From the NCBI GenBank assembly GCA_902797495.1, contig CADBTH010000005.1:1-33556 (forward strand): DNA of 33,556 nt. Reading direction: 5' to 3'. The translations under genes and the position numbers were made by a program. Positions 27,020-33,556 of the stretch are shown here, piece by piece. The notes below the pieces were generated by a model, which worked only from the letters and a program-made list of their open reading frames with translations, was not told the origin of the DNA and ran no database searches. Each line of letters starts with the position of its first letter. Within the stretch, counting starts at the first letter, position 1. The stretch comes from an uncultured Ruminococcus sp. (GTDB taxonomy: Bacteria; Bacillota; Clostridia; Oscillospirales; CAG-272).

Positions 27020-27047
27020 ATTATACTAAAGAAATATGATTTGTCAA
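27020..27047 (-). promoter_or_regulatory. Promoter of the zur-znuACB operon
   Basis: The minus strand reads TTGACA (27047-27042), a 16-nt spacer, then TATAAT (27025-27020). Both hexamers are consensus. The operator starts at the next base. Confidence 0.65.
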
Positions 27048-27117
27048 GAGCAATAGGTAACTTTTACATAAAAATTATTATAAATTTGGCTATATTGCTG
27101 TATTTATCATTAAATTC

Positions 27118-27146
27118 TTGACTAAATTTATTTATTATTATATAAT
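27118..27146 (+). promoter_or_regulatory. Promoter of dockerin protein 1
   Basis: TTGACT (27118-27123), a 17-nt spacer, then TATAAT (27141-27146), 30 nt upstream of ATG 27177. RBS is GGAGGA. Confidence 0.55.
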
Positions 27147-27176
27147 TATATAAACTATGATTTGGAGGATCCATTG

Positions 27177-30100
27177 ATGAAGAGAACAATTTCACTGCTG
27201 CTAGCCGCAGTAATGATCCTTCTCGCACTCCCCGTAGTTGTTTCGGCGGAGCCTGAAGGAAAGTGCTTTAGATTCGATGATAACGGAGCTTACGTTCAGT
27301 TTAACGACGGAGTGGCGGTATCATCTTCGCAGGGAGGATCTGTCTCATTCGATCTCGCTTTTGCTCCTGACAACAATGGCGAGCCGCTTGTAAAGGTGAG
27401 CGGAGACAGTGTTCAGATCTCGCCCGCTTCCGTAAATATCAACGGTACCGTGACACCTATATCATGGGGAACGGAAGAGCTGATCCATTGGAGACGCATT
27501 GAGATCGCTTATTCAGGAAACTCTATCACCGTTTCACTCGACGGCACGCCTGTTGCTTCCGGAAGCGGTACTTTTCCGGGCAATATTCTTTATTTCATCT
27601 GCTTCCCCGGTATTACATTGATCGATAATCTTGACGTCGTTTCAGGAGGAAACGTCGTTGCTTCAACCGGCTTTGAAAACAATCAATATATCGCGACAGC
27701 TACCGGTTCTGTGATAAGCGTTCCGACCGGAAGCTACTACGATTATAGTCCCGTCGTAATTCCCGAGAACGTTGAGTATATTTTCGATAACGCGGCGACA
27801 GCGGCAAAACTGACCGTTGCTGCAGACGTTGAAAAGTATCTCGGCGACCTTAACGAGGACGGACTTGTCAACATGAAGGACCTGTCGATCATACGAAAAG
27901 CCATCGCCGGCGATTCTTCTGCAACATTTAACAGGACTCTTGCCGATCTCAACTCAGACGGTGCTGTCAATACGAGAGACCTTCTTCTTATAAAGAAGAA
28001 TATATCCGGAATAACTCAACCTACAAAAGTCACGATCAGCGTCGGCGGAGGTGCGGCAGAGTTTGCTCCTTCGATGAACTCAGCAATGCTGACAGCAGAG
28101 AAAGCTACCGCAGAAGGTATCGACGCGACGCTCGCCATGGACCCGATCAACGCCTCGGGCTATCCTTACGCTGTCGTAACTTATATGACTCCAAACAGCA
28201 CAGACGATCACAACAGCGCGATCGCAAACACTTCCGCGTTTGGCGTGCACGGCAATCTTACCGAATACAACATTACGACAGACGGTAAGTTCCACTCGGA
28301 GATCATTGACCTGTCCTCCATCTCCGAATGGAACGGAGACACAGCAACGCTTAGGTATTTCGTCGCGGCAAATATCGGTGACAGGATTTATATTGACTCT
28401 ATCATCTTTGCGGCAAATCTTTCAAAAGCCAATTCCGCTAAAACTGCGAGAGAGAATGCAAAGAAAGATACGGCTATAGTCGACGTTATCGAGCCCGATC
28501 CGACGGGAAAGATCGGTGCATACGACGCAAACGGTAACTACGTTGTTAGATTTGACGAGAGAGCCAAAATCGACGCGAAAGTAACTCCCGTCAACAATAC
28601 GAGGATAACCTTTGCCGACACAGCAATCAGAGCCGTCGCAACGGCGGGCGCAGACCCGAACTTCTATATCGACCTTGTCGATGAAGAAATATCTGCGTCG
28701 ACTTTCAAGTATATTGTTTACGTGTATAAGAATCCTTCATCCAACGGAACTTCGAAGGGAGCTAACATCTATTACGTATGCAACGATATCGATCAGCCTA
28801 CGAGAAACTATGAGACCGAAGTCCTCGGCGGATCGAAGGGAGATCAGTATTTTGCTACAATATTTGATCTCACGTCGAAATCAAACTGGACGGGAGCAAT
28901 CAAGGGACTCCGTATAGACTATTTCACAGACTGTAATACGAATGATAATTCATACGTTGATTCCGTAATTTTTGCAACGACTCAGGCAAATGCAAACAAG
29001 GCTGTCAGCGCAAGACTCAGAGAGAGAAACGGATCTACTGCAGACGATACCGCAGGCGTATGGAACAACTATTGGTCATACTGTAAGAACGCCAATAACT
29101 ATGAATTCATCAGCGGAGACAACACGGATCTTGTGATGTACTTCAGGTACGGCAGTTACGACAAGCTCACGGCGCGCTCGCTCGGCGACAGAATGGCTCG
29201 CGCCATCACTCAGGCTACGGGACTGGAAGTCACCTGCACGCTGACCGGACTTCAGTTCGCCGAACTGAAAGGAAACTGGGGCAACAGTACTCCTGAGGCA
29301 AACATCTACTACTGCATCAAATACGAAGGTGTTTCCTACGTCGTATGTGTTAGAACGTGCATTATAAAGGATTCCGGATACAGCGACGAGCTTGACGGAA
29401 CGTCGGCTGATCCTGTCATTGAATACTATGACCTCAGCGCGTATACGTATACACCCGGATACGCTGTTTCCGACGCACACAATATGGGCTCTTACAGCAC
29501 GTATATGGCATACCACAGCAATCACGAGAGCAAAATGGTAGAGACCCCGTACGGAGCGTTTGCGGTATATCATACGTCCGGAAATCCCGACAACGGCAAC
29601 TACTGCGGAGGCGGACAATCTACGGTATTCAAGATACTCGACGACGGCTCTTACAAGAGCATCTATACCTTCAGCTGCACTGCGCACTCGACGAAACCTT
29701 ATATCCATTACGGCGACGACGGACTCGTTTATTTCGTTCAGGCTGACGACGAAGAGAATATGTCGACCTGCGCTATCTCTGTCGGATATTTCGATCCTTC
29801 AAAGCCGAAATCCGACGGAACGTACAACGTCACGTATTCGAGAGAAACGAAAGCATATCCCGGAGGCGCGGCATGGAGCGGATACGGTTATTCCTCCTCC
29901 GTCATCGATCCTTCGCAGGGTAAGATCTATATCGTTTACAACGGCGGCGGCGGAAACCGCGGATATTACCTCTGCTGGTTTGTTTACAACTATCGCAACC
30001 ATACGTGGGGATCCTCTCACAACGTCATCCTCACTCAGACTCACAGACACTGTTACACGTACCTCTTCCCGGACGGAAAGGGCGGTATGTATATCATAGG

Positions 30101-30752
30101 CGAGAGAGACGTTCTTCTTGCTGATATCGGACTTGCTGGAGTTTGCACCGGAGCAGACTACGCGTGGGACGAGATCAATATGCTTCATATTCCCAACGTA
30201 GAATCGACCAATTATACGTTCAGAAACGTATTTTCAGCCGATTATACGCAGACAGGACGCGAGCTCTACCCCGGATACATGAACGCTTACAGCGAGTGCT
30301 ACGTCGACTCCAACAGTAAGCTCCACGTATTCTGGACAAAGGTTATGCACGGCAGAAACATCCGCGACGGCAGATCGGTAGAAGGATGGCATGCAGTTTA
30401 TAACGTAGCGGGCGGTATCTCGCCGGCGCTCATCTATAAAGAACCCATCTCGTTCTCGCATCCCAACAACTGCTATACGATCAGATTCTGTGAGAATACG
30501 AGCGGCGAGCTGTTTATTATCGCAATACCGACAGAAAGCGCAAGAGTCGAGATCTGGAAGGCTACCAACGCCGACGGAACTCAGTTTGAACTCAAGCACG
30601 TCAAGTATATCGGAGTAGGGCCCAACACTGCGTTTATCGCAGGTACAAAGAGGACAAACTCCGTTGTGGATAATACGATCACCTGCGCGCTTCCTGCCGG
30701 AAGCGACAACGGCAGATATTATTCGTTCGTAGTAACTCTCCCCGCAAATTGA
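27177..30752 (+). CDS. Secreted multidomain dockerin-containing protein (cellulosome-associated), catalytic function unknown
   Basis: Signal peptide is MKRTISLLLAAVMILLALPVVVSA. The order is an N-terminal beta-rich LamG/ConA-like-looking module, a type I dockerin, two related modules of about 110-130 aa, and a C-terminal region of about 410 aa. The ORF is 1191 codons from ATG 27177. Confidence 0.9.
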   Translation: MKRTISLLLAAVMILLALPVVVSAEPEGKCFRFDDNGAYVQFNDGVAVSSSQGGSVSFDLAFAPDNNGEPLVKVSGDSVQISPASVNINGTVTPISWGTEELIHWRRIEIAYSGNSITVSLDGTPVASGSGTFPGNILYFICFPGITLIDNLDVVSGGNVVASTGFENNQYIATATGSVISVPTGSYYDYSPVVIPENVEYIFDNAATAAKLTVAADVEKYLGDLNEDGLVNMKDLSIIRKAIAGDSSATFNRTLADLNSDGAVNTRDLLLIKKNISGITQPTKVTISVGGGAAEFAPSMNSAMLTAEKATAEGIDATLAMDPINASGYPYAVVTYMTPNSTDDHNSAIANTSAFGVHGNLTEYNITTDGKFHSEIIDLSSISEWNGDTATLRYFVAANIGDRIYIDSIIFAANLSKANSAKTARENAKKDTAIVDVIEPDPTGKIGAYDANGNYVVRFDERAKIDAKVTPVNNTRITFADTAIRAVATAGADPNFYIDLVDEEISASTFKYIVYVYKNPSSNGTSKGANIYYVCNDIDQPTRNYETEVLGGSKGDQYFATIFDLTSKSNWTGAIKGLRIDYFTDCNTNDNSYVDSVIFATTQANANKAVSARLRERNGSTADDTAGVWNNYWSYCKNANNYEFISGDNTDLVMYFRYGSYDKLTARSLGDRMARAITQATGLEVTCTLTGLQFAELKGNWGNSTPEANIYYCIKYEGVSYVVCVRTCIIKDSGYSDELDGTSADPVIEYYDLSAYTYTPGYAVSDAHNMGSYSTYMAYHSNHESKMVETPYGAFAVYHTSGNPDNGNYCGGGQSTVFKILDDGSYKSIYTFSCTAHSTKPYIHYGDDGLVYFVQADDEENMSTCAISVGYFDPSKPKSDGTYNVTYSRETKAYPGGAAWSGYGYSSSVIDPSQGKIYIVYNGGGGNRGYYLCWFVYNYRNHTWGSSHNVILTQTHRHCYTYLFPDGKGGMYIIGERDVLLADIGLAGVCTGADYAWDEINMLHIPNVESTNYTFRNVFSADYTQTGRELYPGYMNAYSECYVDSNSKLHVFWTKVMHGRNIRDGRSVEGWHAVYNVAGGISPALIYKEPISFSHPNNCYTIRFCENTSGELFIIAIPTESARVEIWKATNADGTQFELKHVKYIGVGPNTAFIAGTKRTNSVVDNTITCALPAGSDNGRYYSFVVTLPAN
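27828..28010 (+). other. Type I dockerin module (two Ca2+-binding F-hand repeats)
   Basis: The duplicated loop-helix is DLNEDGLVNMKDLSIIRKAI and DLNSDGAVNTRDLLLIKKNI. This is the classic D.N.DG.vn..D pattern. Confidence 0.85.
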
Positions 30753-30770
30753 TTAGCAATACTCGTCAAA

Positions 30771-30795
30771 AGGACGCCTTCGGGCGTCCTTTTTG
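30771..30795 (+). terminator. Rho-independent terminator after dockerin protein 1
   Basis: aggacgcc-TTCG-ggcgtcct followed by TTTTT. Confidence 0.8.
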
Positions 30796-30808
30796 TCTTT
30801 TATTCACA

Positions 30809-30852
30809 AGCTGTCGTTTGAATGACAGCTCGTGCTCCCGAAAGGGAGCACG
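30809..30852 (+). other. Two further abutting perfect hairpins downstream of the terminator
   Basis: agctgtc/gacagct forms a 7-bp stem with an 8-nt loop (30809-30830). It is directly followed by cgtgctccc-GAAA-gggagcacg, a 9-bp stem (30831-52). Confidence 0.4.
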
Positions 30853-30924
30853 TTATCTATTTGTTCAAAGTGCATAAAGCGGAATCTTAGTTTTTGACTT
30901 TTATGTACATTTTTATCTTATTTA

Positions 30925-30953
30925 TTGACTATATAAAATATATGTATTATAAT
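30925..30953 (+). promoter_or_regulatory. Promoter of dockerin protein 2
   Basis: TTGACT (30925-30930), a 17-nt spacer, then TATAAT (30948-30953), 30 nt upstream of ATG 30984. The geometry is identical to the paralogue's promoter. Confidence 0.55.
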
Positions 30954-30983
30954 AATATTAACTACATTATATGGAGGATACTA

Positions 30984-33556
30984 ATGAAGAAAACACTTGC
31001 ATTGGTGCTTTCAGTGATCATGCTGCTTCTTTCTTTCCCGGCAGTATCACTGGCGGCGCCTGAAGACCAGGCTCTTGAGTTCAACTATGGCTCGAGCGGG
31101 GCGTATTTTCTTTTCACCGGTGCGTCCGGCGGATCGAATATTACGATCTCGTTTGACCTTTCAATGTCTCAATTAGACGGTGAACTCGACTTTACACTGA
31201 GCAACGTCGTTCACTTCCAGGCCAATGCCATTACGATCAACGGAAAGAGCACAAACTATACGTGGGGTGCGCTCGACAACAGGCATTGGAGAAAAGTTGA
31301 CATCGTTCTCTCGGGAAGCACGACTACGGTCAGACTTGACGACGTAGACGTAGCAAGCGCAAACGCAACGATCAGCGGAGCGCTGTTCTTCCTCGCAAAC
31401 CGCGGCCACATTTTAGTTGATAATTTTATCATAACGAGCTCCGGTATGCAGACCGTCAACCTTAACTTTGAGGACGAGGGAACGTACCTGAGTCACAAGA
31501 GCAACGACTCGTCTGCGATTCGCGGAAACGTTCCGGAGGGAAGCTACTATGATTACAGCCCTGTTATCGTTCCCGAAAACGTCGAATACAAATTCGAAGA
31601 TCCGCAGACCTGCGCAAAACTTACAGTTGCGGCAGATGTGGAAAAATACCTCGGTGACCTCAATGAAGACGGACTTGTCAACATGAAAGACCTTTCTATC
31701 ATCAGAAAGGCTATCGCCGGCGATTCTTCGGCAACTTACAACAGAACTCTTGCCGACCTCAACTCGGACGGAGCTGTAAATACGAGAGACCTTCTTCTTA
31801 TCAAGAAGAACATCTCCGGTATTACTCAGCCAACAAAGGTCGCGATCAGCGTTGGCGGCGGTTCAGCAGAATATGCCAACACGATGGTTTCCGCAAAACT
31901 GACTGCTGAAAAGGCTACTACCGAAGGCATAGACGCGACGCTGAACATGGATCCAATCAACGCTGCGGACTATCCTTACGCTGTCGTTACGTACATGACG
32001 CCGAACAGTACGGAAGTCCATAACAGTACGGCTGCTAACAAGTCTGCTTTCGGCGCATGGGGCAACGTAAAGCAGTACGATCTGACGACTGACGGTAAGT
32101 TCCACTCCGAGATCGTTGATCTCTCCGACATCTCTACATGGAACGGTGACAGCGCTACTCTAAGATTCTTCGTTGCGGCAAACGTTGGAGACGTCATCTA
32201 TATCAACTCTATCATCTTCTGCGCGAATATGTCCAAGGCTAATTCGACGAAGGCTGAAAGAGAAGAATCTCTCGTTAATTATCACATCAAGAATGAAGTG
32301 ATTCCCGATCCTTCCGGAAAGATCGGTTACTTCGACGCTGATAACAACTACTGCATCGTGTTCGATACGCAGGCTAAGATGAACGCTGTAGCGAGCGCTA
32401 CGAACAACACGCGTATCAGCTTCGACGACAACGCTATAAAGGCTACGGCTACAGGTACGGGCGACCCGCACTACACGCTCGATCTCACGGGCGAGGGCAT
32501 TTCCGCGTCGACTTATAAGTATATTGCATACGTTTATAAGAATCCCAATAACAACAAATCCGGCAAGCAGGCGAACATTTACTACCAGGTAGGAGATATG
32601 ACCTCGTTTGCAAAGGGCTATGAGTCCGATATGTTCGGCGGCACGAGATCCAGCAGCTACGTCATAGCTATAGTCGACCTTTCGGCTAAAACAAACTGGA
32701 CCGGAAACCTCAACAAGCTCCGTATAGACTACTTTACGGATACAGCTGTAGGCGACGTATCTTACCTCGACTCCATCATATTCTGCAGAACTTCCGCTCT
32801 CGCGGGTAAAGCAGGTAACGAAAGACTCAAGGAAAGAAACGGCGTTACGGAGAACTCTGCATCCGACGTATGGAACACCTACAGACATTACTATCAGAAC
32901 GCTAACTCCAACGAATACATCTCCGGCAGCCAGACCGACCTCAAGATGTACTTCAGATACGGCAGCTACGATAAGTTCACGGCGCGTTCTCTCGGAGACA
33001 GATTCGCAAGAGCGATATCCAACGCAACAGGAAACGAAGTTACGGCGGAGGTTTACTCCTACACGTTCTGCGAACTCAGAGACAAGTGGAACAATGAATA
33101 TCCCGAAAACTACATGTTCTTCACTCTCAGATATGACGGAGACATGTATATCATCTGGGTTAAGGTTATTATTCTTAAGGATTCAAGCTACTCCGATCCT
33201 CTCGACGGAACGAGTGCAGATCCTTACTACGACTACCCGAACAACAGCACGTGGTACACACCCGGTTATTCAATCAGTGATTCCGTCAACTCGACGTCTT
33301 CGTCGACTTACGTTGCGGCGCACAGTAACCATGAAAACAAGATCGTAAAGACTCCGTACGGAACATTCGTAACTCACCACATCAGTGGTAACACGGACGA
33401 TGGCAACCACACCGGCGGCGGCAGAACTGCAGTATACCGTCTCTATGACAACGGCACTTACAGATCGGTTTACGAATTTGACGTAACTTGTCATACGACA
33501 AAACCGCAGATCATGTACGGCGACGACGGACTCGTTTACTTCGTACAGGCTGACGA
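30984..33556 (+). CDS. Paralogous secreted dockerin-containing protein (partial, runs off the window end)
   Basis: It is not in the ORF track because no stop falls in the window. I translated manually from ATG 30984 (RBS GGAGGA) and the frame stays open to 33556. The signal peptide is MKKTLALVLSVIMLLLSFPAVSLA. It is colinear with protein 1 up to the shared GDDGLVYFVQADD motif. Confidence 0.85.
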   Translation, partial: MKKTLALVLSVIMLLLSFPAVSLAAPEDQALEFNYGSSGAYFLFTGASGGSNITISFDLSMSQLDGELDFTLSNVVHFQANAITINGKSTNYTWGALDNRHWRKVDIVLSGSTTTVRLDDVDVASANATISGALFFLANRGHILVDNFIITSSGMQTVNLNFEDEGTYLSHKSNDSSAIRGNVPEGSYYDYSPVIVPENVEYKFEDPQTCAKLTVAADVEKYLGDLNEDGLVNMKDLSIIRKAIAGDSSATYNRTLADLNSDGAVNTRDLLLIKKNISGITQPTKVAISVGGGSAEYANTMVSAKLTAEKATTEGIDATLNMDPINAADYPYAVVTYMTPNSTEVHNSTAANKSAFGAWGNVKQYDLTTDGKFHSEIVDLSDISTWNGDSATLRFFVAANVGDVIYINSIIFCANMSKANSTKAEREESLVNYHIKNEVIPDPSGKIGYFDADNNYCIVFDTQAKMNAVASATNNTRISFDDNAIKATATGTGDPHYTLDLTGEGISASTYKYIAYVYKNPNNNKSGKQANIYYQVGDMTSFAKGYESDMFGGTRSSSYVIAIVDLSAKTNWTGNLNKLRIDYFTDTAVGDVSYLDSIIFCRTSALAGKAGNERLKERNGVTENSASDVWNTYRHYYQNANSNEYISGSQTDLKMYFRYGSYDKFTARSLGDRFARAISNATGNEVTAEVYSYTFCELRDKWNNEYPENYMFFTLRYDGDMYIIWVKVIILKDSSYSDPLDGTSADPYYDYPNNSTWYTPGYSISDSVNSTSSSTYVAAHSNHENKIVKTPYGTFVTHHISGNTDDGNHTGGGRTAVYRLYDNGTYRSVYEFDVTCHTTKPQIMYGDDGLVYFVQAD
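31638..31820 (+). other. Type I dockerin module of the paralogue
   Basis: DLNEDGLVNMKDLSIIRKAI and DLNSDGAVNTRDLLLIKKNI are present. Over 61 residues it differs from copy 1 by one residue (F/Y). Confidence 0.85.

Noticed and set aside
26999-27176. Zur control of dockerin protein 1 through the shared divergent intergenic region
   Set aside because: The only palindrome sits at the zur promoter, about 100 bp upstream of the -35 of the dockerin gene promoter. No second box is visible near 27118-27176 or upstream of the paralogue, so co-regulation is unsupported.
27729-28052. Recent gene conversion as the explanation for the near-identical dockerin blocks
   Set aside because: 26 of 61 dockerin codons differ at nucleotide level, 25 of them silently. 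A recent conversion tract would be identical at DNA level.
29076-29708. Antisense ORFs inside the dockerin protein genes (29076-29708, 29799-30188, 30234-30599, 32160-32888) and a +2 frame ORF at 29560-30099
   Set aside because: The sense frames are supported by paralogue-to-paralogue conservation with mostly third-position changes. The embedded ORFs have no RBS or motifs.
21252-33556. Functional system linking the Ca2+-ATPase and zinc uptake operon with the Ca2+-dependent dockerin proteins
   Set aside because: The idea rests only on adjacency. The units have separate promoters and terminators and opposite orientation, and metal homeostasis genes are ubiquitous. It is speculation without sequence support.
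1-33556. Scan for tRNA/rRNA genes, CRISPR arrays, IS/transposase or integrase genes, toxin-antitoxin pairs and known defence-system signatures
   Set aside because: No spaced direct repeats, cloverleaf-like segments or transposase/integrase/nuclease-helicase-type ORFs were seen. Intergenic regions are short and are explained by promoters and terminators. I cannot exclude small RNAs without covariance-model searches.

Overview
This looks like a Firmicutes/Clostridia chromosomal segment. It has a PolC-type replicase and secreted proteins carrying dockerins. A Ruminococcus/Oscillospiraceae-like cellulosome producer is my inference only; no database search was possible.

Layout:
(1) 1-21.2 kb is a plus-strand housekeeping block: rpmE 3' end, hflX, yigZ, dgt-dnaG followed by TWO tandem sigma-70 genes, an orphan SBP-like lipoprotein, pyrH-frr, and uppS-cdsA-dxr-rseP-ispG-polC.
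(2) 21.2-27.0 kb is a minus-strand metal block. It holds zur-znuA-znuC-znuB, driven by a consensus promoter that abuts a 21-bp palindromic Zur box, then a P-type Ca2+-ATPase.
(3) 27.1 kb to the window end holds two tandem paralogous secreted multidomain proteins of about 1200 aa, each with an internal type I dockerin. The second runs off the window and is missing from the supplied ORF track.

I recognised no tRNA/rRNA, CRISPR array, IS element or known defence system.

The most unusual observations are:
(a) The dnaG-proximal sigma-70 paralogue carries a 264-residue Lys-rich repeat extension and has substitutions at the -10 wedge and -12 recognition positions. A canonical SigA sits immediately downstream.
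(b) The dockerin protein pair has uncharacterised domains and a mosaic conservation pattern. The dockerin block is almost invariant at protein level despite many silent changes.

All domain calls rest on motifs I read directly in the translations. None has been confirmed by HMM or BLAST.
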